From Candidatus Magasanikbacteria bacterium RIFOXYC2_FULL_42_28 (GTDB taxonomy: Bacteria; Patescibacteriota; Patescibacteriia; Magasanikbacterales; GWA2-37-8), in the NCBI GenBank assembly GCA_001784435.1, contig MFQZ01000001.1:220742-284741 (forward strand): 64,000 nucleotides of DNA, given 5' to 3'. Shown piece by piece: positions 47,446 through 58,997 of the stretch. The position numbers and the translations under genes were made by a program. The first letter of the stretch is position 1, and every line of letters begins with the position of its first letter. The notes below the pieces were generated by a model. That model did not search any database and was not told the origin of the DNA. It worked only from the letters and a program-made list of their open reading frames with translations.

Positions 47446-47886
47446 ATGAACGGCATCGTTATCACGACAATAAAAAACCAAGACGAAATCGAATTCCTGC
47501 GTGGCCGGCAATCATTTGAATATACTTATAACGATGAAACCATTGATTCACTTAAAAAACATTTTGACCCGGAAAACAGTTTATATTTGCTCGCAAAAAA
47601 AGGAAGTGAATTTGCAGCTTTTTGTTCGATTGATAGAGGCTGGTGGGAAGAAAATATCTTTTTCATTCGTGAAATTTTAGTAGACCAGAATTTTCAAAAA
47701 CTTGGAATAGGAGAAAAATTAATGCAAAAATGTATAGAATACGCCAAAAGTAAAGGCACAATTGGAGTAGTCACAGAAACTGATTTTAAAAATAAACCGA
47801 TGCAAGGATTGTGCAAAAAACTCGGCTTCAAAGAATGGAATAACCCCCAGTGGAAAAATGGTATTGCTTATAGATTAATATTTTGA
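47446..47886 (+). CDS. GNAT-family acetyltransferase.
   Basis: Q/R-x-x-G-x-G/A-like region VDQNFQKLGIGEKLMQKCIEYAK and a C-terminal LGFKE motif. Confidence 0.65.
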   Translation: MNGIVITTIKNQDEIEFLRGRQSFEYTYNDETIDSLKKHFDPENSLYLLAKKGSEFAAFCSIDRGWWEENIFFIREILVDQNFQKLGIGEKLMQKCIEYAKSKGTIGVVTETDFKNKPMQGLCKKLGFKEWNNPQWKNGIAYRLIF

Positions 47887-47889
47887 CCC

Positions 47890-48363
47890 ATGCCCAAAAT
47901 AATCGTAATCCGCGGCCCACTCGGCGTTGGCAAAACCACGGTCGCCAAAATTTTAGCGCAAAAACTTGACGCTCAATATTTATCGTTGGACAAAATTTTG
48001 GATGATAATGATTTAGCGCCCGCGGACGGAATTCCGATTGAAAATTTTTTAAAAGCCAACGAAATAATTTTGGATTTAGTTGGGCAAAGTAATGAAACTT
48101 TTATAATTGACGGCTGTTTTTACTACCAAGAACAAATTGACGACTTGCAAAAAAAATTTAACGACCAAGTGGTATTTTTTACACTCATGAGTACGGTGGA
48201 AAAATGTATTGAGAGAGATGCCAAACGTGAAAAAATTTACGGCGAGGATTCGGCTCGGTATGTGTATGATATTACCAGTAAAATTCATACTGGCCAGGAA
48301 ATTGATAATACTAATTTGACCGCGAAAGAAACGGTGGACAAAATAATGAAGTATTTAAAATAA
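47890..48363 (+). CDS. Small P-loop kinase (AAA_33/TmrB-like).
   Basis: Walker A GPLGVGKTT. 157 aa. Resembles TmrB and chloramphenicol-phosphotransferase-like small kinases. Confidence 0.55.
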   Translation: MPKIIVIRGPLGVGKTTVAKILAQKLDAQYLSLDKILDDNDLAPADGIPIENFLKANEIILDLVGQSNETFIIDGCFYYQEQIDDLQKKFNDQVVFFTLMSTVEKCIERDAKREKIYGEDSARYVYDITSKIHTGQEIDNTNLTAKETVDKIMKYLK

Positions 48364-48367
48364 AATT

Positions 48368-49084
48368 ATGGACAATCCCACTATTCAATCATCGGCTACT
48401 GCCTTTGCCAGAAAAAATAGAAAAAGAATCGCGAAGGAACGAACGGACAAAAATAAATATCAACCGGACGAAACGCCGGTCTCGGTATTTATGGCCGGAT
48501 CCCCTGGCGCCGGAAAAACTGAATTTTCTAAAAACATCATCTCCATTCTTGAGAAAGGCAGAAAACACCAGGTAATCCGAATTGATGGCGACGACATCCG
48601 CCACGAACTACCTGGATATACTGGCAACAATTCCTATTTATTTCAAAGCGCCATATCATTGATTGTGGAAAAAATTCATGACTTTGTTTTAACACAAAAA
48701 CAAAGTTTCGTCCTAGACGGAACTTTTTCAAAACATACCAAAGCCGCTGAAAATATTAAACGTTCTTTAGACAAAGGACGCGGGGTGTTTATTTTCTATG
48801 TCTATCAACATCCAGCCACCGCTTGGAAATTTACGGAAAAACGCGAACAAGCCGAGGGACGCAATATACCAAAAGAATCATTTATTGAACAATTTATCGG
48901 GGCCAAGGAAACGATAAACCAAATTATAGAAAAATTTGGTGAAAAAGTGACTGTTTTTCTTGTAAAAAAGGACTATGAAAAAAATACAGTCGAAGAAGTT
49001 GTAAAAATAGAACCAAACGACCAGCCGATTGACGAATATATCAAAGAACGGTATAATAAAGAAGACCTAGAAAAAATGATATGA
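48368..49084 (+). CDS. Zeta-toxin-family P-loop kinase (PezT/zeta-like).
   Basis: AGSPGAGKT ... IRIDGDDIRHELPGY ... FVLDGTFSKH parallels the zeta toxin pattern GGQSGAGKT ... IIDGDSFRSQHPHY ... LLIEGTLR. Confidence 0.65.
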   Translation: MDNPTIQSSATAFARKNRKRIAKERTDKNKYQPDETPVSVFMAGSPGAGKTEFSKNIISILEKGRKHQVIRIDGDDIRHELPGYTGNNSYLFQSAISLIVEKIHDFVLTQKQSFVLDGTFSKHTKAAENIKRSLDKGRGVFIFYVYQHPATAWKFTEKREQAEGRNIPKESFIEQFIGAKETINQIIEKFGEKVTVFLVKKDYEKNTVEEVVKIEPNDQPIDEYIKERYNKEDLEKMI

Positions 49085-49266
49085 GTATATTTAGTTTTTT
49101 TGCGGCAACAAAAGAAAAACAAAAAACCGGCGAATTCGCCAGATTCTTTTTGCACGCTTCTGAAAAAGAAAAAAAGCAAGTATTCAAAGACGCGGCCAGA
49201 CGAGCAAACGAAGACCAACGCGCACTCGTTAAAAACGTCAAAGAACTTCAACATAAGGCCACCTGA
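49081..49266 (+). CDS. Small K/E-rich helical protein translationally coupled to the zeta-like kinase. Candidate partner or antitoxin.
   Basis: Start overlaps the kinase stop (ATGA). 61 aa. A terminator hairpin immediately downstream overlaps its stop codon. Confidence 0.45.
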   Translation: MSIFSFFAATKEKQKTGEFARFFLHASEKEKKQVFKDAARRANEDQRALVKNVKELQHKAT

Positions 49267-49283
49267 CAAGGTGGCCTTTCTTG
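49255..49283 (+). terminator. Rho-independent terminator.
   Basis: AAGGCCACC-TGACAA-GGTGGCCTT followed by TCTTGAT. Confidence 0.75.
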
Positions 49284-49309
49284 ATATTATATACGGATAA
49301 AAAAATAAC

Positions 49310-49693
49310 ATGCTTTTCAAAACCGTCAATCACGTCGCCATTATCGCCTCCGATTTGGAAATTTCCAGAAATTTTTACATTGGCAAACTTGGTTTTAAAT
49401 TAATTAAAACAATTGACCGGTCAGAAAGACAATCAACGATTTTATATTTAGACGCGGGAAACATTATAATTGAATTAATGTCTTTCCCCAATCCCCCAAA
49501 ACGCCCGGCCTGGCCAGAAGCTTGCGGTTTGCGACACTTAGCATTTGATGTGGAAAATTTTGATGAAATGATAACGAAATTAAACGAGCTTGGTATCACG
49601 ACCGAACAACCTCGCGTTGACGCGCGCACGGGAAAAAGATTGACTTTTTTTAATGATCCGGATAATTTACCGCTGGAAATTTGTGAGATGTAA
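49310..49693 (+). CDS. VOC-family protein (glyoxalase/bleomycin-resistance fold).
   Basis: VNHVAIIASDLEISRNFYIGKLGFKLI N-terminal beta-alpha-beta-beta-beta module. 127 aa. Confidence 0.7.
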   Translation: MLFKTVNHVAIIASDLEISRNFYIGKLGFKLIKTIDRSERQSTILYLDAGNIIIELMSFPNPPKRPAWPEACGLRHLAFDVENFDEMITKLNELGITTEQPRVDARTGKRLTFFNDPDNLPLEICEM

Positions 49694-49697
49694 TTTT

Positions 49698-50330
49698 ATG
49701 AAAAAACTTAAATGGATATTACCAATATTAATCTTCACGACTCTCGCTATCATTTGGCTTGCCGATTTTAAAATTGAACACGCTACCAATGATTTAACAT
49801 ATAATGACGCCACCGAAATCCCCCACAACAAAGTCGGCCTACTTTTAGGAACCACAAAATACGCCCCATCCGGACAATTAAACGGCTACTTTGTTTACCG
49901 CATCCAAGCGGCCGTTGACTTGTTTAATAACCAAAAAATTGATAACATTGTGATTAGTGGCGATAACGGCACCAAAAAATATAACGAGCCGGAGGATATG
50001 AAAAATGAATTAGTGGCGCGTGGCATTCCGGAGAACAAAATATATTTGGACTACGCCGGTTTTCGGACTTATGATTCGGTCGTGCGATTAAATAAAATTT
50101 TTGGCCAAGATAAATTTACGATTATATCCCAAGAATTTCACAACCGGCGCGCAATATATATCGCCCAAGCCAAAAATTTAGAAGCCGTCGGGTATAACGC
50201 GAAAGATATCAATACTTACCGCGGATTGCGGACAAAATTGCGCGAAAAATTAGCGCGCGTCAAGGTATTTATTGATCTACTGACAAATAAACAACCAAAA
50301 TTTTTAGGCGAAGAAATTGAAATAAAATAA
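49698..50330 (+). CDS. SanA/YdcF-family (DUF218) membrane-anchored protein.
   Basis: N-terminal TM anchor, then NIVISGDNGTKKYNEPEDMKNELVARGIPENKIYLDYAGFRTYDSVVR, the DUF218 core. Confidence 0.65.
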   Translation: MKKLKWILPILIFTTLAIIWLADFKIEHATNDLTYNDATEIPHNKVGLLLGTTKYAPSGQLNGYFVYRIQAAVDLFNNQKIDNIVISGDNGTKKYNEPEDMKNELVARGIPENKIYLDYAGFRTYDSVVRLNKIFGQDKFTIISQEFHNRRAIYIAQAKNLEAVGYNAKDINTYRGLRTKLREKLARVKVFIDLLTNKQPKFLGEEIEIK

Positions 50331-50335
50331 TTAAA

Positions 50336-50372
50336 ACAAAAAAATCAGCTGACACACGCGCTGATTTTTTAA
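50336..50372. terminator. Bidirectional rho-independent terminator between the convergent SanA and pgsA-like genes.
   Basis: AAAAAAATCAGC-TGACACACGC-GCTGATTTTTTAA. Confidence 0.75.
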
Positions 50373-50380
50373 TATATTTT

Positions 50381-51004
50381 TTAGATCCCGTAAGTAAACA
50401 AGCTAATCAACGCGAAACCAATCGCGAACCCAAACAGCCAAAAAGCGACCGCAAATAACAATGGGAAATCCAACAAAAGCGCGAGCAAAACCAAAAATGT
50501 CGCCACCACTTGTAGCCACATTTTTATTTTCCCCCAAACATTCGCCATCCGCGTAATGTGAAAATATTGATGCGAAATATACGCGGCGATAATAAACAAA
50601 ATTTCTACGACCAAAATTGTCAAACCCAACCAATCGGGAAAATAACGAAACACCAAAAGCAAAACCATTGAACCGATCAATAGTTTATCGGCCAAAGGAT
50701 CAAATAATTTGCCAAAATCGGTAATTTGACCACGCATCCGCGCCATTGAGCCATCCATGGCATCGGTAAAAGCGGTTAAAATAAACAGAGTCGCGCCCCA
50801 AGCGTAATGATTGAACAACACCAACAAAAATACCGGCGGAGTCATAATTATGCGCAAAACCGTTAAGCGGTTGGGGGTGACGCTCGGTGGCAGATAACGC
50901 AATAAATACCGATACAAAAAAACATCGTGAACATGGCGTTCAGTTGATTTTTGATAAACAAACAGATCGTCGTGATGATTTTTGAAATTATCAATCCATT
51001 CCAT
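50381..51004 (-). CDS. pgsA: CDP-alcohol phosphatidyltransferase (PgsA-like).
   Basis: DAMDGSMARMRGQITDFGKLFDPLADK matches the D-G-x2-A-R-x8-G-x3-D-x3-D motif. Multi-TM protein. Confidence 0.75.
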   Translation of the reverse strand: MEWIDNFKNHHDDLFVYQKSTERHVHDVFLYRYLLRYLPPSVTPNRLTVLRIIMTPPVFLLVLFNHYAWGATLFILTAFTDAMDGSMARMRGQITDFGKLFDPLADKLLIGSMVLLLVFRYFPDWLGLTILVVEILFIIAAYISHQYFHITRMANVWGKIKMWLQVVATFLVLLALLLDFPLLFAVAFWLFGFAIGFALISLFTYGI

Positions 51005-51024
51005 ACGATAATTAGTATATCAAA

Positions 51025-53079
51025 TTATAGACGTTTCTTCAATTCTCCAATCTCATCCCGCAAAATCGCGGCCAATTCAAATTCCAATTCTTTGGCGGCT
51101 TTGCGCATTTCCATTTCTTTTTCTTTGATTATTTCCGGCAAGGGCCGCGTGTCGCCTTTTAGGTCTAATTCCAAAATTTTCTTGGCCCTACTGTGCCCGC
51201 GTTTGCCCGCGCCCGCCGTCCGCGTCAAACCAAACTCACTTAAAATATCGCGAATATTTTTTTGAATGGTTTTGGGCGTGATATTATGTTTTTTGTTATA
51301 GGCAATTTGCACGGTTCGCCGCCGATCAGTTTCCGACAACGCGCGTTTAATTGAACCGGTGATACTGTCGGCATACAGCACTACTTGGCCATTGACATTG
51401 CGCGCCGCCCGGCCGATAGTTTGAATTAAACTCGTTTCAGAACGCAAAAACCCTTCTTTGTCCGCATCCAAAATAGCCACCAGCGACACCTCGGGCAAAT
51501 CCAAACCCTCGCGCAACAAATTCACCCCGACAATCACATCAATTTTCCCGCGCCGCAGATCAGTAATAATTTCAATACGTTCCAAAGTATCAATTTCACT
51601 GTGAAGATACTTTACTTTCACACCTTTTTTCAACAAATAATCATTTAAATCCTCGGCCATTTTTTTGGTGAGCGTCGTGACCAAAACGCGCTCATTAATT
51701 TTTACGCGCTCGTCGATACGAATAATTAAATCATCAATTTGAGACAAGCCACTCTCGCTATTTTTGATTTTTGATATTTTATTTTTGATATTTCCCCCCG
51801 TCACCGGCCTAATAATCACCTCCGGATCAATCAACCCCGTCGGACGCACAATTTGTTCCACCACTTGTTCACTTTCTTTAATTTCAAACACCGACGGCGT
51901 GGCCGAAACAAAAATCATTTTGTTCACGCGCTTTTCAAATTCCGGATAAGTAAGCGGACGATTGTCGCGCGCTGACGGCAATCTAAACCCATGCTCAATC
52001 AAAGTGTTTTTACGCGCCCGATCGCCATTAAACATTCCGCCGATTTGCGGAATAGTAACATGCGATTCATCCACCACTGTTAAAAAATCCTTATCGCACT
52101 CGCGAAAATAATCCAACAAAGTAAACGGCGCGTCCCCAACAGCGCGCCCATCAAAATATCGCGAATAATTTTCAATCCCACTGCAATAACCAATATTTTT
52201 TATCATCTCCAAATCATAACGCGTCCGGCGTTTTAGACGTTCGTGTTCCAAAACTTTGCCTGCGTCTTCAAAATATTTTAATTGATCTTCCAAATCACTG
52301 CGAATTTGCGCAAAAGCCCGTTCGGTATCTGACGGCGATGCTACATAATGTTTGGTGGAATACAGCCAAACCTCACTCGCATCGCGCACCACTTTTCGCG
52401 TTACCACATCCAAAATTTCCACACGCGCAATTTTATCCGAAATTTCTAAACGATAAATTTTTTCTTCATGCGCCGGCACAATTTCTAATACGGGACCTCG
52501 CAAACGAAATTGTCCGCGCGCCAAATCCCCATTCGTCCGTTCAAATTGCAAATCCACTAATTTTCGCACAACACCATTGCGATCAATTTTCTGTCCCAAT
52601 TCCAACCGCAAAGCCGAACGCAAATATTCCGTGGGTGAGCCCAGACTGTAAATCGCCGACACGGACGAAACCACAATCACATCTTTGCGCGACAGTAACG
52701 CCTGCGTGCACGCATGACGCAAACGATCAATTTCTTGGTTAATCATCGCCTCTTTTTCAATATAGGTGTCTGAACCCGGCATATATGCCTCGGGCTGGTA
52801 ATAATCATAATAAGAAACAAAATATTCCACGGCGCTACCCGGAAAAAATTCGCGGAATTCATTACACAACTGCGCGGCCAAAGTTTTGTTGTGCGCCATT
52901 ACCAAAGTCGGCAACTGCGTTTTTTCAATGACGTTGGCAATCGTAAAAGTTTTGCCCGAACCCGTTACACCCAACAATGTCTGTCGACTCATACCCGAAT
53001 CCAAACCAGCGGTTAATTTCTTAATCGCTTGTGGTTGGTCGCCGGCCGGCTTCATTTTTGTTTTAAGTTTAAATTTCAT
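51025..53079 (-). CDS. uvrB: Excinuclease ABC subunit B.
   Basis: MKFKLKTKMKPAGDQPQAIKKL N-terminus, GVTGSGKTFT Walker A, helicase motifs, and a C-terminal UVR domain (AKELEFELAAILRDEIGELKK). The listed ORF extends to 53175 through the upstream repeat. The start at 53079 is more plausible. Confidence 0.9.
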   Translation of the reverse strand: MKFKLKTKMKPAGDQPQAIKKLTAGLDSGMSRQTLLGVTGSGKTFTIANVIEKTQLPTLVMAHNKTLAAQLCNEFREFFPGSAVEYFVSYYDYYQPEAYMPGSDTYIEKEAMINQEIDRLRHACTQALLSRKDVIVVSSVSAIYSLGSPTEYLRSALRLELGQKIDRNGVVRKLVDLQFERTNGDLARGQFRLRGPVLEIVPAHEEKIYRLEISDKIARVEILDVVTRKVVRDASEVWLYSTKHYVASPSDTERAFAQIRSDLEDQLKYFEDAGKVLEHERLKRRTRYDLEMIKNIGYCSGIENYSRYFDGRAVGDAPFTLLDYFRECDKDFLTVVDESHVTIPQIGGMFNGDRARKNTLIEHGFRLPSARDNRPLTYPEFEKRVNKMIFVSATPSVFEIKESEQVVEQIVRPTGLIDPEVIIRPVTGGNIKNKISKIKNSESGLSQIDDLIIRIDERVKINERVLVTTLTKKMAEDLNDYLLKKGVKVKYLHSEIDTLERIEIITDLRRGKIDVIVGVNLLREGLDLPEVSLVAILDADKEGFLRSETSLIQTIGRAARNVNGQVVLYADSITGSIKRALSETDRRRTVQIAYNKKHNITPKTIQKNIRDILSEFGLTRTAGAGKRGHSRAKKILELDLKGDTRPLPEIIKEKEMEMRKAAKELEFELAAILRDEIGELKKRL

Positions 53080-53140
53080 TTGATATTTGAATTTTGAAAT
53101 TGATTGGAAATTGGAAATTTGGATTTTGACATTATCACTA
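53080..53140. repeat. Family E repeat at the uvrB 5' end.
   Basis: TTTGAATTTTGAAATTGATTGGAAATTGGAAATTTGGATTTTGACATTATC. Confidence 0.75.
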
Positions 53141-54232
53141 ATATCTTCGCACCACCATACTCTCCACCATCCCAATCATCAACAAATTAACAATCAAAGA
53201 AGAACCACCATAAGACACAAACGGCAAGGTAACACCGGTAACCGGCAATAACCCTAAATTCGCCCCCACATTAACAATAAATTGCCCGAACAACGCCACG
53301 GCCACACCGGAAATAAAAACAGCGTAAAAGTCGTCGCCACTTGAAGCCGCCAAGCGCAACAAACGCCACAATAAAAATCCAAACAAGACAATCACGGCCG
53401 CCGCGCCGGCAAAACCCAATTCTTCGGCAATGGACGCGAAAATAAAATCGGTCTGCGCTTCTGGCAAAAATTTTAATTGCGACTGCGAACCAAAACCCAA
53501 GCCCCTCCCAAACAAACGTCCGGAACCAATGGCAATAGTGGCTTGGGCGGTATTATAACCGGCACCCAGCGGATCACGCGCCGGATCAATAAAAGTAAGC
53601 ACCCGATCTTTTTGATAAGGCGCGAGTAAAAAAAACCAAGTTGCCACGCCCACGCCCACTAACAAAATCAATAACCCCATAATATATGAACGACGCACAC
53701 CCACAAGTACCATTGTTCCAAACCAAATCATGCCGGCAATAACCGCTGATCCCAAATCCGGTTGGAATAAAATTAAAATCACCGCGCTACCGGTAATGAT
53801 AGCCGTACCAAAGAAAAATAACGGGCGTTCAAAGCGACGACCGAAATTAGCCACCACATAAGCCAAAATTAAAATCAAACCCAGTTTAGCCAATTCCACC
53901 GGTTGGAAACTAAAACCATAAAAAGTAAACCAACCGGTCGTACCGCGAATATTTTCGCCAAAAAAAAGCACGGCCAAAAGTAAAATTAAACAAAAACCAT
54001 AAAACCATTTAGCATAAGCGCGCCAAAAATTCGGCGCGGTCGCGCTTGCCCCAAAAAATAATACCAAACCAATCCCGACCGCCAACAATTGCCTTTTTAA
54101 TAAAACCAATTCCGTCCCCCGCGACAAGTCAATACTATAAATTGCCGTTAAGCCCACGGCCGAAAGCAAAAAAACAGCCAACGCGAGCGGCCAATCAAAA
54201 TTACGCCAAGAATATTTTGCAAAAAAACCCAT
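53138..54232 (-). CDS. ftsW: SEDS-family peptidoglycan glycosyltransferase (FtsW/RodA).
   Basis: About 10 TM helices. FQPVELAKLGLILILAYV and a C-terminal PFVSYGGSS motif typical of FtsW/RodA. Confidence 0.8.
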   Translation of the reverse strand: MGFFAKYSWRNFDWPLALAVFLLSAVGLTAIYSIDLSRGTELVLLKRQLLAVGIGLVLFFGASATAPNFWRAYAKWFYGFCLILLLAVLFFGENIRGTTGWFTFYGFSFQPVELAKLGLILILAYVVANFGRRFERPLFFFGTAIITGSAVILILFQPDLGSAVIAGMIWFGTMVLVGVRRSYIMGLLILLVGVGVATWFFLLAPYQKDRVLTFIDPARDPLGAGYNTAQATIAIGSGRLFGRGLGFGSQSQLKFLPEAQTDFIFASIAEELGFAGAAAVIVLFGFLLWRLLRLAASSGDDFYAVFISGVAVALFGQFIVNVGANLGLLPVTGVTLPFVSYGGSSLIVNLLMIGMVESMVVRRY

Positions 54233-54250
54233 AGTGATAATATTCTCGGT

Positions 54251-55216
54251 TTACCGCGCTGGAACAATATATTCTGATTTATTGTATAAATTAATCAGCG
54301 GATAAACCACCACTTCGGACGCGGAAATATTGTCGGCAAAAGTGCGAATATCAACCGCCCGCCGACTTTGCGCCGTAAAGTTAGAAATTTGTAAAGGAGA
54401 AACCCCGGTCAAATCATTATTTTGCAAAAAAGCCACATAAAAATCCGGCTCGGTATAACCATAAGCAGAATTATTGGTTAAACTGAATTGCACCACGCCG
54501 GCATTGGCCTGACCATAAGTGGCCGGCACAAAAGTAAGATCAGACACGCTAAAATTCAACCGCTCGCTCTGCCAAGTAATACTATCAGGTATAGTGTGGC
54601 TGTCAATCCTTTGCCAGCGCACATTTTGAATAATAATATCACCTACCCCCGGACTAAAACTCTCATAACCAAAAAATACCAACGGCCGGGACTCGCCCGC
54701 CATAAACACTGCCGACTGCGCCGGCGTGGACGTACCATCTACCGCGAAAAAATAATCAAACGCTACCCTAAAACGAGCGTTGGGATTAGTAACTGTCGAA
54801 ATTAAATCATATTTACCCACCCCACCCGGCAAACCCAGCGGACTGCCAATTTGTAAAGGGGCGGCCCCGTAATGTTCATGCAAAACTGTATAATCTGGAA
54901 ATTGCGATAACTGTAACGCTAAATTTTCATCGCTTCTTAACCCCACAACGGCGTAAGTTACCCAATGAATTAAGCTGGGTACCCAAAGTAAAATGTTGAC
55001 GCCAATAATAATTCCAAACAGCCACTTACGCAAAGTAAATTTATGTTTTACATACCACATCGCTCGCTCAAATTCTTTTTCTTTAAACTCTCCGGTCGGG
55101 TCTTCATACTTGGAAAAATGGGTCGTCGCTGTCGGTAATCCAACACCGGTCGCGCCGGGTTTATTGGTAAATTTATCGTCTAATTGACTATACATAATAA
55201 TTAGTAATTTATACAA
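54251..55216 (-). CDS. Membrane-anchored hypothetical protein with a single TM and a large extracytoplasmic domain. Upstream of ftsW, so possibly divisome-associated.
   Basis: TM segment WLFGIIIGVNILLWVPSLIHWV. No catalytic motif. Confidence 0.4.
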   Translation of the reverse strand: MYKLLIIMYSQLDDKFTNKPGATGVGLPTATTHFSKYEDPTGEFKEKEFERAMWYVKHKFTLRKWLFGIIIGVNILLWVPSLIHWVTYAVVGLRSDENLALQLSQFPDYTVLHEHYGAAPLQIGSPLGLPGGVGKYDLISTVTNPNARFRVAFDYFFAVDGTSTPAQSAVFMAGESRPLVFFGYESFSPGVGDIIIQNVRWQRIDSHTIPDSITWQSERLNFSVSDLTFVPATYGQANAGVVQFSLTNNSAYGYTEPDFYVAFLQNNDLTGVSPLQISNFTAQSRRAVDIRTFADNISASEVVVYPLINLYNKSEYIVPAR

Positions 55217-55295
55217 TACCTATATTATACACGAAAAACACCGTAAAGAAAACCCTTGTGCGTGGACTTAAAATATGATAGAATATAGTTGTTAA

Positions 55296-57578
<2,283 letters not shown>

Positions 57579-57586
57579 TGCCACTC

Positions 57587-57615
57587 TTGACTTCTCGGCC
57601 AAAGTATGCTATACT
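57587..57615 (+). promoter_or_regulatory. Sigma70-like promoter for secE-nusG-rplK.
   Basis: TTGACT (57587-57592), a 17-bp spacer, then TATACT (57610-57615). Confidence 0.55.
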
Positions 57616-57674
57616 ATATCCATACTATAAAACGGCCTCAAGGGCTGTTTTAAAATAGAAAATAACAAAAATCT

Positions 57675-57869
57675 ATGAACATCGTAACTTCTACCAAAAA
57701 CTATCTCCTCGGCTCTTACGAAGAAATGAAAAAGGTCTCTTGGCCCACTAAAAAACAAACCATCAATTACAGTTGGCTGGTTGTTGGCTTGTCTGTCGGC
57801 GTGGCCATATTTTTCGCTGTGCTGGATTATATTTTCAATCTCGGCATCGAGCAAATCATCGTTCTTTAA
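57675..57869 (+). CDS. secE: Preprotein translocase subunit SecE.
   Basis: EEMKKVSWPTKKQTINYSWLVVGLSVGVAIFFAVLDYIF matches the SecE core. 64 aa. Precedes nusG. Confidence 0.85.
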   Translation: MNIVTSTKNYLLGSYEEMKKVSWPTKKQTINYSWLVVGLSVGVAIFFAVLDYIFNLGIEQIIVL

Positions 57870-57902
57870 ATCGTTTTTTGAGTTTAGAATTTTTTAAAAG
57901 CT

Positions 57903-58448
57903 ATGGCCAAGCAAACCCTAAACCTCGGCAAACGCTGGTATGTGCTCCACACTTACAGTGGCTACGAGGAAAATGTTAAACAAAATTTAGAAACTCGTAT
58001 TGAGTCCTTTGACATGCAGGACAAAGTTTTTGGCGTCATCGTTCCAAAAGAAAAAAAGATTAAAATTAAAAATGGCAAACGCACCACTGTCGAAGAAAAA
58101 ATTTTCCCGGGTTATGTTTTAATTGAAATGCTTGTTACGGATGATTCTTGGTATATGGTGCGCAACACCCCCAATGTTACCGGCTTCGTCGGCTCGGGCA
58201 CTACTCCCACTCCGATTGATCAAAAAGAAGTTGATAAATTGTTAAAACGCGTCAACGCCACCGAAGCCCAACACAAAATTGATGTGGCGGTTAACGATGT
58301 GGTGCGCATTACGGACGGTCCATTTAAGAATTTTGAAGGCAAGGTCTCTAATGTGGATGAAGAACGCGGTAAAATCAAAGTCATGGTTACCATGTTCGGC
58401 CGTGAAACGCCAGTGGAATTGGACGCCTTACAAGTTAAAAAAATCTAA
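57903..58448 (+). CDS. nusG: Transcription termination/antitermination factor NusG.
   Basis: KRWYVLHTYSGYE NGN domain and KOW motif (VRITDGPFKNFEGKV). Confidence 0.92.
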   Translation: MAKQTLNLGKRWYVLHTYSGYEENVKQNLETRIESFDMQDKVFGVIVPKEKKIKIKNGKRTTVEEKIFPGYVLIEMLVTDDSWYMVRNTPNVTGFVGSGTTPTPIDQKEVDKLLKRVNATEAQHKIDVAVNDVVRITDGPFKNFEGKVSNVDEERGKIKVMVTMFGRETPVELDALQVKKI

Positions 58449-58477
58449 TAATCTATCCGGTTGGCCAACGGGGCGCT

Positions 58478-58527
58478 TCTCAATCGTATTAGAATTTAGA
58501 GTTTAGTATTTAGAATTTAAAAATATT
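58478..58527. repeat. AT-rich TTAGAATTTAGAGTTTAGTATTTAGAATTTAA repeat between nusG and rplK.
   Basis: Same family as 13741 and 36590. Confidence 0.7.
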
Positions 58528-58950
58528 ATGGCAAAAAAATTACTTACCCAAATCAAATTGCAAATCGTCGGTGGAGCGGCCAATCCCGCGCCTCCAATCG
58601 GTCCAGCTTTAGGCCAGCACGGTTTGAACATTCAAGGATTCTGCAAAGAATTCAACGATAAAACTCAAGACAAAAAAGGCGAAGTGGTGCCGGTGGTTAT
58701 CAATGTATATGCCGACCGTACCTACGATTTTGTCATGAAAACCCCGCCGGTCGCGGAACTCATCAAAAAAGCGGCCAAAATTACCAAAGGTTCCGCCAAG
58801 CCCCTGCAAGATAAGGTTGGTAAAATCACCAAAGCGCAAGTCCGCGAAATCGCGGAAAAGAAAATGCCTGACTTGAACGCCAACGACGTTGAAGGCGCGA
58901 TGAAAATGGTAGAAGGCACAGCGCGACAAATGGGTGTGGTGGTTGAATAG
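58528..58950 (+). CDS. rplK: 50S ribosomal protein L11.
   Basis: [36 protein letters not shown]. Confidence 0.95.
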   Translation: MAKKLLTQIKLQIVGGAANPAPPIGPALGQHGLNIQGFCKEFNDKTQDKKGEVVPVVINVYADRTYDFVMKTPPVAELIKKAAKITKGSAKPLQDKVGKITKAQVREIAEKKMPDLNANDVEGAMKMVEGTARQMGVVVE

Positions 58951-58959
58951 AATTAAATA

Positions 58960-58997
58960 AAAAACAAAAAAATATCCCTACTGGGATATTTTTTTGT
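58960..58997. terminator. Bidirectional rho-independent terminator between the convergent rplK and queA.
   Basis: AAAAAAATATCCC-TACT-GGGATATTTTTTTG. Confidence 0.8.

Noticed and set aside
53080-53175. 32-codon N-terminal extension of uvrB (MGWWRVWWCEDISDNVKIQISNFQ...).
   Set aside because: It is a translation of the family E repeat. Canonical UvrB starts at MKFKLKTKMKPAGDQP.
57609-57854. Minus-strand 81-aa ORF.
   Set aside because: It is antisense to secE, which is strongly supported by motif and by the secE-nusG-rplK context.
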